61,733 nt of DNA from a bacterium (GTDB taxonomy: Bacteria > Bacteroidota > Ignavibacteria > UBA10030), in assembly GCA_043803945.1 (NCBI GenBank), contig JAZDJN010000003.1, positions 1-61,733 of the forward strand, given 5' to 3'. Of the stretch, positions 20,178-30,104 are shown piece by piece. Under the pieces are notes generated by a model. It had not been told where the DNA came from. It did not search any database and saw only the letters and a program-made list of their open reading frames with translations. Every line of letters begins with the position of its first letter. Position 1 is the stretch's first letter. The translations under genes were made by a program, and so were the position numbers.

Positions 20178-22976
20178 ATGAGAATGAGTAGAATGTGGAT
20201 AGTCGTTCTGGTAGGATGGATGTTGATTGCTTCTCAAGCATTGATAGGTCAGCCAGCGAAGAAGTATGAAGAGGGAAAGATTTATCAGCATACACTGGAA
20301 AATGGGATGACTGTTCTTACGATGGAACGGCATATCGCTCCGCTCATTTTCCATCAACTAACGTACAAGGTCGGATCGCGGAACGAACATCTTGGCATCA
20401 CCGGAATTTCCCATGTCGTTGAACATATGATGTTCAAGGGAACGAAGAAGTACGGAAAGGGTGAGGTTTCAAAATCGATCTCGAAGAACTCCGGCGTCTT
20501 TAACGCGTTCACCATGAACGATATGACGAGCTACTATGAATATCTCCCGGCAACGAATATTGAGATGGCATTCGATATTGAATCCGATCGGATGCAGAAT
20601 TCAAATTTTGATCCGGCTGAGTTCAAGTCGGAGATCGAAGTCATCATTCAAGAGAGAAGAATGCGCTCAGAGAGTTCCTATTCAGGCATCTTCCATGAAA
20701 TGATGAATGCGGTTGCCTTCGACAGCCATCCGAATCGCGATCCTATCATCGGCTGGCCCGCCGATCTGAAACAGGTAACCAGAGAACAAGCCTATCAATA
20801 CTATAAAACATTTTACACTCCAAACAATGCCTTCCTGGTTTTGGTCGGTGATTTTGAAACGGAGAAGATCCTGGCACTGGCAAAGAAATACTATGGATCG
20901 ATTTCGAGAGGTCCTGCTGTGCCCGAGCTGATTGTCAATGAGGTGGTGCAAAAGGGAAGAAAGTCGGTAACACTTCAACATAACGACGTTACCCAGCCGT
21001 CATTTCGAATGGCCTTTCATGTCCCAACCTATGCCGATTCCGATGCCGCTCCTCTGAAAATTGCCGGAATGATTCTCTGCGAGCGCAGCCGAGATTCACG
21101 CTTGCATAAACGCTTAATCGAAAAAGAACGCATCGCAACAAATGCAGCCGGCGGCATGGGCATGACCAAGGATCCTACGCTGTTTCAGATCAATGTGACC
21201 GTCATTGCCGACACCAATATGCAGAAGGCTGAATCGATAGTGTGGGATGAAATAAAACGCATGCAGACTGAACCTGTGACAGATCGGGAGCTTCAAAAGG
21301 TGAAGAATCGTTACCGCTATGGTCAGGTGACGGATTATTTGAAGAATGCAGATATCGGAAGCCGTATCAGCCGTTACGAGGCATATTATGGCTGGCAGAT
21401 GCTGGAGGCGTTCGACCGGCAGATGATGGGTGTAAGCCGTGAAGATATTCAGCATGTCATGCAGAAATATTTTGGGTCTGACTTAGTAACAATGGGATTC
21501 CTCTATCCAAAGGGACCGAAGAAGCCGCGGAGCCGGCAGGCTGATGAGGATACAACGTCTGCCGAATCGATCAATCGGCTTTTCAATTCCGATGATAGAT
21601 ATTTCTTTTCCGGCGAAGTTGATATTCTCAAGGCCATTAAAACCCAGCTTCAGAATCCACAAATTGCCAGGCCAAAACAAATCGCTCCATTGATCCGGTC
21701 GACAACACTGAAGAATGGAATCAAGGTCTACACTCTTGAGAATCATCTCGTGCCGGCATTGTTTGTAGGAGGACTTATTGAAACGGGTAATATGCCGGAG
21801 GCCAATGAAGGGAAACAGCCGGGTATCGCATCGCTGCTAGCGGATGTGATGAATCGCGGGCCCGAGTCGATGACGTATGAGCAATTCTCTGAACGACTCG
21901 CCTTTGTCCCATTCTCGTTCAGCGTGAGCGGGAGTTACCGTAGTTTTTCTTTCCAGGGCTATTCATTATTGAATGACAAGGATGAGATGTTGAAGGTCGG
22001 TGTCGAACTGTTGACCAGGCCGGCTCTTGCAGAAGCGGAGATTGAAAAATTGCGTCCACGCCATTTGCTTTCAGCACGCAACCGGTTTAATCGAACCAGT
22101 CTCAAGGCGTTCTATCATATGTTTAATACGATCTTCCGTGAACATCCCTATTCGACGTCGAACAGTACGGTTGCTTCCATCCGCATCATCACGCATGACG
22201 ATTTGGCCAGGCTGCATGCAAAATACTTCCAGCCTGAGCGATTGACTTTGGTGTTGATGGGGGATATGGGCCATGCGGAGCTTGCTGCCCTCGCTAACAG
22301 GTTCTTTGGACAATGGAAAAATACCACATCTGCACCACCGGTAAATTCAATACCTCCGGTGAAGGAACTGACGAACAAAGAAATTAAAGTTTTTACCGAC
22401 AAGGATTATGCCGAATGTACGATCAACATCGGATTTGCGCCGAGAAATGATATCAAACCCCAGGAGCAGGAGGCGGTTGATGTTATGAATTATATTCTTG
22501 CCTCCAGCGCATTAACTTCCCGTATTGGTGTTGAGCTTCGCGATAAACAGGGATTGATCTACGGGATCAGAAGTGAGCTCTGGGGCCCCAACGATGGAAT
22601 CGGTTATTGGAAATTTAACACCAAGACAGGCCCGAAGAATACAGAGAAGGTTATCACAGGTATCTTCAAGGAGATTCGAAAACTTCTGGCTGAAGGAGTT
22701 ACCGATGAAGAGGTGAAGGTGGCTAAAGAGCGCCAGCTTGGACTGCTCCCGTTCTATATTGAAACGCCGGATGATATCGCGAACAGAACCTTCGAGATGA
22801 TTCGTGAGAAACAACCTCTCACGACATTTGACAAAAAAGCAGACCGGATTCTCTCGGTGTCGAAAGATGAAGTACTGCGGGTAGCAAAAAAGTATTTTTC
22901 CCTGGATCGATTCATTGTTGTTATTGATGGTCCCATTGAAGAACATTCACTCGACCACTTGCTTGAGAAGCTTTAA
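20178..22976 (+). CDS. Exported M16 (pitrilysin/insulinase-family) zinc peptidase, fused two-half architecture
   Basis: Inverted zinc motif HVVEH, NAFT, ESDRM, EERR-like QERR, FYTPNNA; second half lacks HxxEH; signal peptide. Confidence 0.92.
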   Translation: MRMSRMWIVVLVGWMLIASQALIGQPAKKYEEGKIYQHTLENGMTVLTMERHIAPLIFHQLTYKVGSRNEHLGITGISHVVEHMMFKGTKKYGKGEVSKSISKNSGVFNAFTMNDMTSYYEYLPATNIEMAFDIESDRMQNSNFDPAEFKSEIEVIIQERRMRSESSYSGIFHEMMNAVAFDSHPNRDPIIGWPADLKQVTREQAYQYYKTFYTPNNAFLVLVGDFETEKILALAKKYYGSISRGPAVPELIVNEVVQKGRKSVTLQHNDVTQPSFRMAFHVPTYADSDAAPLKIAGMILCERSRDSRLHKRLIEKERIATNAAGGMGMTKDPTLFQINVTVIADTNMQKAESIVWDEIKRMQTEPVTDRELQKVKNRYRYGQVTDYLKNADIGSRISRYEAYYGWQMLEAFDRQMMGVSREDIQHVMQKYFGSDLVTMGFLYPKGPKKPRSRQADEDTTSAESINRLFNSDDRYFFSGEVDILKAIKTQLQNPQIARPKQIAPLIRSTTLKNGIKVYTLENHLVPALFVGGLIETGNMPEANEGKQPGIASLLADVMNRGPESMTYEQFSERLAFVPFSFSVSGSYRSFSFQGYSLLNDKDEMLKVGVELLTRPALAEAEIEKLRPRHLLSARNRFNRTSLKAFYHMFNTIFREHPYSTSNSTVASIRIITHDDLARLHAKYFQPERLTLVLMGDMGHAELAALANRFFGQWKNTTSAPPVNSIPPVKELTNKEIKVFTDKDYAECTINIGFAPRNDIKPQEQEAVDVMNYILASSALTSRIGVELRDKQGLIYGIRSELWGPNDGIGYWKFNTKTGPKNTEKVITGIFKEIRKLLAEGVTDEEVKVAKERQLGLLPFYIETPDDIANRTFEMIREKQPLTTFDKKADRILSVSKDEVLRVAKKYFSLDRFIVVIDGPIEEHSLDHLLEKL

Positions 22977-23039
22977 GTCCATAGATTTGCAGCAAGTACC
23001 AATTCATAATTCCATTATTTCATCCATGAAAGGATTACC

Positions 23040-23753
23040 ATGAAGAACACATTGCTGTTCTTAATCGCTATAATGATTTGTGCATTCCCGCTATTCGCCC
23101 AGGACAACCATGCAGCTGAAGTGACCGCAAAGGTACCCGAGCTGGGAAAATTCCATGCAACAATCTACAAGATATGGCATACCGCCTGGCCAAAGAAAGA
23201 TGTCGAAATGCTTAAATCATTGCTCCCGGAAATCGAGAAGGGGTATCAGAGCCTGCAGACTGCGAAATTGCCAGGTATCTTACGGGATAAAAAGGGTGCG
23301 TGGGATGCAAAGCTTGCCGAGATTGGCGAGACTGTGAAAGCCTATAAGGCCTCCATGGAAGCTAATGATTCTGAAAAGCTGCTAAAGGAAGCCGAGAAAC
23401 TTCATATGCAATATGAGGGAATGGCAAAGACTATCAACCCCATCCTGAAGGAGATGGATGAATTCCATCAGTCACTCTACACGCTGTACCATTATAATAT
23501 GCCTCAATATGATCTCGAAAAAATTAAGGGATCGGTCACCGAGTTGGTTGCGAAGATGCAACCGTTAAATGCAGCCGCCTTGCCCGAGCGTTTGAAGAGC
23601 AAAACAGAGAAATTTACTCAAGCACGGACGGAACTTGGAGAGTCTGTAAAAGCGCTCGCCAAGGTCATCGATGGGAAGGATAAGAAAGCGATCACAACTG
23701 CAATTGAGAAGATGCACTCAAACTACCAGAAACTGGAAAAGGTGTTTGAATAG
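23040..23753 (+). CDS. Exported hypothetical protein with two tandem helical repeats, each carrying 3 conserved His
   Basis: Signal peptide ending LFAQ; repeats FH.{7}H...P..D...LP..L..K...E(I/L)GE(T/S)VKA...EK(L/M)H..Y; SD AAAGGA. Confidence 0.8.
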   Translation: MKNTLLFLIAIMICAFPLFAQDNHAAEVTAKVPELGKFHATIYKIWHTAWPKKDVEMLKSLLPEIEKGYQSLQTAKLPGILRDKKGAWDAKLAEIGETVKAYKASMEANDSEKLLKEAEKLHMQYEGMAKTINPILKEMDEFHQSLYTLYHYNMPQYDLEKIKGSVTELVAKMQPLNAAALPERLKSKTEKFTQARTELGESVKALAKVIDGKDKKAITTAIEKMHSNYQKLEKVFE

Positions 23754-23863
23754 GTGTATTTCGCTGAAAATGTGAGCTGAATGCCGAGATAATTTTTCGC
23801 TTCCAGCTTTTCAGCGTCGTTCTCAATTGAACACGTTGGTTAAACGCAAAACCGTTAGTGATT

Positions 23864-23899
23864 AGGAGATCATCTGTAAAAAGGTGGTCTCCTTTTTTT
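23864..23899 (+). terminator. Rho-independent terminator
   Basis: AGGAGATCATCT-gtaaaa-AGGTGGTCTCCT stem (with G-U pairs) followed by a T-run. Confidence 0.7.
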
Positions 23900-24161
23900 G
23901 TATTTCGATATTCGTGTTTTTCTTTCATTGAATTTTTGCATCTGATAGAGTATACTGCTCTCCCGTTATTCGTCTTATCGAAAAGAGGGGAGCGATGTCT
24001 GGTCTGCAGGGAGTGGTGTTCAGGAAGTCGCAGTATTTGGTGGACATTAGTATCGTCTTTCACTTTCCAGTTAGTATCAGGAAAGAGTAATCAAGGGAAT
24101 CTTTTTCGCCAAGGAATTATCTTGATCGAAAACAATACTTTTAACTCTGAATGGACTCGCA

Positions 24162-26159
24162 ATGAAGCATTCCATAGCTGTCCGTATTTCATCATTCTTT
24201 ATCCTCTCACTGAGTCTCCAGGTGTTATTTGCACAGGATCATCTACCATCAAGTGAATTTTTTCTGGATTCTCTGCTCAATATCAAAGTCAATACTTCAA
24301 CGAAGTATTGGAAAACGGCAACGGAATATCCGGCTTCGATTACAATTCTTACGAGCGAGGAGATCCTTCGCTTCGGATATTCGAATATCGGAGAAATGAT
24401 TTCGATGCTGCGAAGTGTATACACTTCCTATGATCGGAATTATACATATGTTGGCGTGCGCGGATTCGGTCGCCCCACGGATTATAGCAACAGGATTCTT
24501 CTCCTCCTTGATGGTGCTACGCTCAACGAGAATTTCTATGGCAGTGCATCGCTGGGAAGTGATTTGGTATTGAATCCAAATGTGATTGAGAGAGTCGAAC
24601 TTGTCCGCGGTCCTGGCGGATCTCTGTATGGCAGCGGCGCCATGTTTGCCATTATCAATATTATTACAAAAAAAGGAAATGATATTGACGGTCTGAATCT
24701 TTCGATTAGACAAGGAAGCGACGCTCAGCGCCAGGTTGGTGCGGTCTTTGGAAAACGATTTAAGAATGATCTGGATTTTCTTTGCTCTGCCTACTGGGGT
24801 GACAGCAAAGGGCGCGATCTGTATTTCCGGGAATATGATTCTGATTCAACCAATTTTGGAATTGCGCAGAATCTTGATTGGGAGCACTACTACGGTTTCT
24901 CAGCATCTCTCTCCTATGACGCATTGTTTACCCGCTTGCTTTATTCCTCCCGGTCGAAGGGCATCCCGACTGCAGCATATGGGACGCTCTTCAATGATTC
25001 ACGCTGCAAGACTCTGGATGAAAATACGGTTCTCGAACTTGGTTATGAATACCAGATAACCCCTGGTGTGGAACTGACGCTGAGGAGTTATTACAACAGT
25101 TATTACTATGAAGGTACGTATCCCTATGCGGAAGTGGCATTTGATCGCACGCGAACGCAAAAATATGGGGGGGAGATCAGGGCTCTTTGGGATTTTTCAA
25201 CCAACAATAGACTCATTGCTGGAATGGAATACGCAAACATTTCACGTGCTGATTTTCAATACTGGTCTTCGACAACACGGTTCTTCGACGGTAACTTCCC
25301 CTTTTTAATTTTATCACTCTATCTGCAAGACGAATATCAGTTGACAAAGGATCTTTCACTCACATTGGGAATTCGGAGAGATCAGTATTCCAGAGTCGGC
25401 AGTTCAACATCACCACGGTTTGCAGTTGTCTATCATCCATTTCCCACCACGTCTTTGAAATTACTCTATGGTGAAGCATTTCGAGCACCCAATATCTATG
25501 AAGCAGAATATATAGATCCACTGCAAAATTTTATCCGAAATCCTCAAATCAAGCCGGAGCGGGGAAAGACCTTTGAATGTATTTGGGAGGAACGCATCGG
25601 TTCCTCACTTCATACAGTTGTGTCATTATTCCAGTATACTGTTTCCGATCTCATCGACCAGGTATTGAATGAGGAGAATGGGAGCTATCAATTTCAAAAC
25701 ATCTCAAAGGTGAGAGCCTATGGATTTGAGGGAGAACTGACCGCTGAGTTGACGTCACATATTAGAGCGACAGGAGTTTATACAATGCAGCATGTTGAAA
25801 ATATTGCAAGCAGGCAGAGGTTAACCAACTCTCCACTGCATCTAGCGAAGGGAATTGTCAACACGGTGATCCAAGAGGGAGTCCAATGTGGGATTGAGAT
25901 GGAATATCAATCCTCGCGACTGACGATTTATGACACACAAACCAAAGGTTTCACACTGGCTCACGTATCGGTATCCTTCGAACCGTGGAGCGTTTTTAAG
26001 GTCATAACGCAATCGTTCCCTGGTTCACTAAGATTCATCTTCCGTTTAAACAACATTTTTGATCAGCAATACTCCTTTCCCGGCGGATTTGAACATGCTC
26101 AACCCGAGATATTTCAGAATGGGAGAAATTATTCACTTCGCTGTGACATTAGGTTCTAA
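24162..26159 (+). CDS. TonB-dependent receptor (signalling-associated subtype)
   Basis: LDSLLNIKV.T.TK...P(A)SITILT.EEI plug start, VRGF, RILLLLDG, IERVELVRGPGGSLYGSGA, NNIFD, GRNY, terminal Phe. Confidence 0.9.
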   Translation: MKHSIAVRISSFFILSLSLQVLFAQDHLPSSEFFLDSLLNIKVNTSTKYWKTATEYPASITILTSEEILRFGYSNIGEMISMLRSVYTSYDRNYTYVGVRGFGRPTDYSNRILLLLDGATLNENFYGSASLGSDLVLNPNVIERVELVRGPGGSLYGSGAMFAIINIITKKGNDIDGLNLSIRQGSDAQRQVGAVFGKRFKNDLDFLCSAYWGDSKGRDLYFREYDSDSTNFGIAQNLDWEHYYGFSASLSYDALFTRLLYSSRSKGIPTAAYGTLFNDSRCKTLDENTVLELGYEYQITPGVELTLRSYYNSYYYEGTYPYAEVAFDRTRTQKYGGEIRALWDFSTNNRLIAGMEYANISRADFQYWSSTTRFFDGNFPFLILSLYLQDEYQLTKDLSLTLGIRRDQYSRVGSSTSPRFAVVYHPFPTTSLKLLYGEAFRAPNIYEAEYIDPLQNFIRNPQIKPERGKTFECIWEERIGSSLHTVVSLFQYTVSDLIDQVLNEENGSYQFQNISKVRAYGFEGELTAELTSHIRATGVYTMQHVENIASRQRLTNSPLHLAKGIVNTVIQEGVQCGIEMEYQSSRLTIYDTQTKGFTLAHVSVSFEPWSVFKVITQSFPGSLRFIFRLNNIFDQQYSFPGGFEHAQPEIFQNGRNYSLRCDIRF

Positions 26160-26162
26160 TAA

Positions 26163-26744
26163 GTGATGAAACAGATTCGCAAAATCATCCTGATCCTGGC
26201 AATGGGAGTGCATGCCGCTGCAATAGGAGTCGCACAGGAGATGACTCTTCCCGTCGAAGATCAGGTTCCATTGTTAATGAAAATTCTGACCTATGATCGG
26301 TCTCTGACCAAAGGTGGCAATTTAAAAATTGTTATTGGTGTACTTTATCAATCCTCGGTACGATCATCCCTCACAGTGAAAGAGGAGTTTCTCGCAAGGA
26401 TAAAACAATCCGATATTGTGAGAATATTGGGTCAGCAGCCTGAATGTCATGCATTGGAATATGTAAGTGAATCCCAGGTTCTTGAGGAGATGAGGAAATT
26501 CCGAATCAACGTTCTGTATGTGGCGCCGTTACGTGCTGTACCTCTTCAAGGGATCAGAAAAATCACGATAGAGCTCAATGTCCTTTCGATAACAGGAATA
26601 CCATCCTATGTTGAAGCCGGTCTCTCAATAGGTATCGGGAGTAAGGGCGAAAAGCCTCAAATTATCGTTAACCTGCCGTCGGCAAAACAGGAAGGAGCCG
26701 ATATCAGTTCACAACTCCTTCGTATTGCAAAAGTATTGGAGTGA
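26163..26744 (+). CDS. YfiR/HmsC-family periplasmic regulator
   Basis: Signal peptide; C-terminal IIVNL..AK.EG.DISSQLLRIAKV typical of the YfiR family; sits between a TonB receptor and a HAMP kinase. Confidence 0.75.
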   Translation: MMKQIRKIILILAMGVHAAAIGVAQEMTLPVEDQVPLLMKILTYDRSLTKGGNLKIVIGVLYQSSVRSSLTVKEEFLARIKQSDIVRILGQQPECHALEYVSESQVLEEMRKFRINVLYVAPLRAVPLQGIRKITIELNVLSITGIPSYVEAGLSIGIGSKGEKPQIIVNLPSAKQEGADISSQLLRIAKVLE

Positions 26745-29700
26745 GGGGGCTCAGCACAATGGAGAATCATATCTCGATGGATCCGCCCGCATCCCGAATT
26801 TCCTTACGGACAAAGTTTACAGCATTGTATATCATTCTTCTCGGAACAATCACGATTTTTATGGTGCTCTACTTTCCTGCACGCATTGAATCTGAGCGAT
26901 ACGGCGCTATCGAGCTAAAGGCTCAGAGTATTGCCGCGATGACCGCTTTTAGCATCGCGCCTGCTTTGTATTTCGATGATCGTTCGTCTATCGACGAAGC
27001 GTTCCTGGTCGCGCGCCAGAACAAGGACATTCGGTATCTCATTGTCAAGAACGACTCCGGAACAGTAGTGGCATTTTCCTTACCGCCGGATCTCACGCTC
27101 CTATCACTGCTTCAGGCAGAAGCTGCTGATGGCATTTCAAACGATGAAAGTACATATCGATTAACATTTCCACTGGAGACACGAGAACGGGTCGTTGGAT
27201 CCTTATTGATTGGTATCTCTCTGGAAGAAGTGCATCGGGAAATCCAGGAGACCCGTAACACGATAGCACTTGTCAGTTCCATTGTGTTCTTCATCGGACT
27301 TCTGGCCGTCTTCGGCATAACGAGATTCATTACTGCACCTCTCATACGGATGGTGGAAGCGGTTGATCGGATCGCCAGTGGTGATCTCAACCATCGGGCG
27401 AGCATAGAGACGCTGGATGAAGTGAGCTTCTTAGCGCACTCCTTTAATAGTATGGTGGACCGTTTACAGAAATCCTACAATGCGTTAGAAGAAAGTAATC
27501 GAAATCTTGAATTACGAGTGGAAGAACGGACAAAAGAGCTTACTCGAGCACTGCACAAACGAGAGCTGGCTGAACAGGCTGTCCGGGAGAGTGAAGCCAA
27601 ATTCAGATTGCTCTTTGAAAAAATGTTCAATGGATTCGGACTCTTTTCAAAGCAAGATATACCTGCGGGATTCAACGAAAATTTCAAGCTGGTGAATGCG
27701 AATCCTGCATTCGCATCATTATTTGGATTATCCATGCAGGAATTGAGCGGCCGGGAACTTGGAGTTCTCTTTCCCCATGCCGAAGAGTTTTGGAGAATAC
27801 AGTTAAGCCAAGTCGCGCGGACAGGGCAGCCTTCGAACTTTGAATACATGATCAAGGATTCGAACTCTTATTACGATGTCGTGGCATTTTCTCCGGAGCC
27901 GAATAATGTCGCCGTGATCATCTCTGATGTCTCCGAACGGCATCGTGCGACAGAGGCGGTGCAGCTCTCTGAAGCGACATATCGTGGACTCTTTAACAGC
28001 GTGAAGGATGCCATCTATCTCCAGGATCGTGATGGGACATTTATTGATGTCAATGTGGGAGCTGTGGAGATGTATGGATATCCGCGTGAATATTTTATTG
28101 GAAAAACTCCGGAATTTCTCTCTGCCCCGGGAAGAAATGATCTGTTGAAAACACTCGAGGCTGTCCAGAAAGCGTTTAAAGGCGTTCCTCAACGATTCGA
28201 GTGGTGGGGAAAGAGAAAAAATGGTGAGATCTTTCCCAAAGAAGTGCGTTTGACCAGATCAATGTACTTTGGAAGAAATGTTGTCATCGCGATGGCCCAG
28301 GATATCACTGAACGCAAGCAGATTGAAGAGGCATTGCGAAAACTTTCCCAGGCAGTCGAGCAAAGTCCTGCATCAATTATCATCACGGACATTCATGGTT
28401 CCATTGAGTATATTAATCCAAAATTTACCAAAGTAACGGGGTATGAATCATCGGAAGTCATTGGAAAAAATCCCAGATTTTTGAAATCAGAATATACCTC
28501 ACCGGTTGAGTATAAAAGACTCTGGGATACGATTATAGCCGGACAGGAGTGGCAGGGTGAATTTCGAAATAAAAAGAAGAACGGAGAACTTTTCTGGGAG
28601 TCGGCTTCAATTTCTCCAATACGAGATGCCAGCGGTACGACATCCCACTACCTCGCAGTCAAGGAGGATATCACTTCGCGGAAGGCGCTGGAGAACCAAT
28701 TATTGCAAGCGCAAAAAATGGAAAGCATCGGAACGCTGGCGGGAGGAATCGCCCACGACTTCAATAACATTTTGTCGATTATTCTGGGCTATGCGTCAAT
28801 CCTGGAGAATGCAGCGTATGAGCCGAAACAATTTCAAAAGAGAATCGGAGTGATCATAAACGCCGTTGAACGTGGGGCTGCATTGGTCCGTCAGATTCTT
28901 ACGTTTGCCCGGAAAACCGATGTACGGTTTGAATTTTTACAGGTCAATGATCTGATTCGGGAGCTCACAATGATGCTCACCGAAACTTTTCCAAAGACAA
29001 TCAATGTTCAGGTGTTTCTGGAAAATGCTCTTCCGCCAGTCTACGTCGATCAGATACAATTGCATCAAGCATTGTTGAATTTATGTGTGAATGCCCGCGA
29101 TGCGATGAGTAGTTCGGGCAACCTCTCCATTGCATCGGCAATGATTCATGGAAAGGAAATTGAATCACGCTCACCTGAAATCGCTGATCGGAGCTTCGTC
29201 CGCATTTCAGTGACTGACTCAGGGAGCGGGATGGATGAAGCAACAAAGCGGAAAATCTTTGAGCCATTTTTTTCCACAAAAGAACGGGGAAAAGGAACGG
29301 GATTGGGACTCGCGGTTGTCTTTGGGGTTTTCGAAACTCACCGTGGTTTCATCGAGGTTGAGAGTATCGTTGGCAAAGGCTCAACCTTCCATCTTTATTT
29401 GCCCGTTCAGGAAGATCCAATATTGTCCCAGAAGGCAGTGAACGTAACTGCAGAGGATCAATTAAATGGAACCGAGACAATCCTTGTTGTTGAAGATGAA
29501 CCGATGATAGTAGCTATGCTTGAGACACAACTCCGTTCCAGAGGATATTCTGTCTTGAAAGCATATGATGGTCTGGAAGGCCTTGATTTGTATAAACAGC
29601 ATCAGGATGAAATCCATCTTGTGTTCACCGATATTGGCCTGCCCAAACTTCATGGAATCGAGATGATAAAGAAAATCAGGGAATGTAATCCGCAAGTGAA

Positions 29701-29845
29701 AATTATCGCAGCGAGCGGATTTCTCGATCCCGATTTGAAAGTTGCACTGTTTCAGGAAGGTCGAGATATATTTATCCATAAACCGTTTTCTCCCAAACAG
29801 GCCTTGATCACAATTCGCGCACTATTGCAAGGGTCATCGGACTAG
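26741..29845 (+). CDS. Membrane hybrid sensor histidine kinase (periplasmic sensor-HAMP-3xPAS-HisKA-HATPase-REC)
   Basis: Two TM helices, HAMP DEV..LA.SFN.M, H-box GIAHDFNN, NLCVNARDA, DSGSGM, FEPFFSTK..GKGTGLGL, REC VEDE...TDIGLP...KPF. Confidence 0.93.
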   Translation: MRGLSTMENHISMDPPASRISLRTKFTALYIILLGTITIFMVLYFPARIESERYGAIELKAQSIAAMTAFSIAPALYFDDRSSIDEAFLVARQNKDIRYLIVKNDSGTVVAFSLPPDLTLLSLLQAEAADGISNDESTYRLTFPLETRERVVGSLLIGISLEEVHREIQETRNTIALVSSIVFFIGLLAVFGITRFITAPLIRMVEAVDRIASGDLNHRASIETLDEVSFLAHSFNSMVDRLQKSYNALEESNRNLELRVEERTKELTRALHKRELAEQAVRESEAKFRLLFEKMFNGFGLFSKQDIPAGFNENFKLVNANPAFASLFGLSMQELSGRELGVLFPHAEEFWRIQLSQVARTGQPSNFEYMIKDSNSYYDVVAFSPEPNNVAVIISDVSERHRATEAVQLSEATYRGLFNSVKDAIYLQDRDGTFIDVNVGAVEMYGYPREYFIGKTPEFLSAPGRNDLLKTLEAVQKAFKGVPQRFEWWGKRKNGEIFPKEVRLTRSMYFGRNVVIAMAQDITERKQIEEALRKLSQAVEQSPASIIITDIHGSIEYINPKFTKVTGYESSEVIGKNPRFLKSEYTSPVEYKRLWDTIIAGQEWQGEFRNKKKNGELFWESASISPIRDASGTTSHYLAVKEDITSRKALENQLLQAQKMESIGTLAGGIAHDFNNILSIILGYASILENAAYEPKQFQKRIGVIINAVERGAALVRQILTFARKTDVRFEFLQVNDLIRELTMMLTETFPKTINVQVFLENALPPVYVDQIQLHQALLNLCVNARDAMSSSGNLSIASAMIHGKEIESRSPEIADRSFVRISVTDSGSGMDEATKRKIFEPFFSTKERGKGTGLGLAVVFGVFETHRGFIEVESIVGKGSTFHLYLPVQEDPILSQKAVNVTAEDQLNGTETILVVEDEPMIVAMLETQLRSRGYSVLKAYDGLEGLDLYKQHQDEIHLVFTDIGLPKLHGIEMIKKIRECNPQVKIIAASGFLDPDLKVALFQEGRDIFIHKPFSPKQALITIRALLQGSSD

Positions 29846-30104
29846 GAAATGAATTCTCATTATTGAGAAGCGGATTTGATAATTCGATAGTCTCTTAGTA
29901 CTTTCAACCACGTCAAACTCGCCAGAAGAAAAGCGACGCAGTTAAAACTTTTTATATTGCTGGACGTTCACATGAAACATTTCGCTTTCGGATTACTTAA
30001 TCAGTACATAATCCATCGGTACTCATGATTCTCCCTTCAATCAGCGTTCGTGAACACGATGAATGGAGGAGGAATCTTTCACAACCTGTCAAAGGAACAG
30101 ACCT

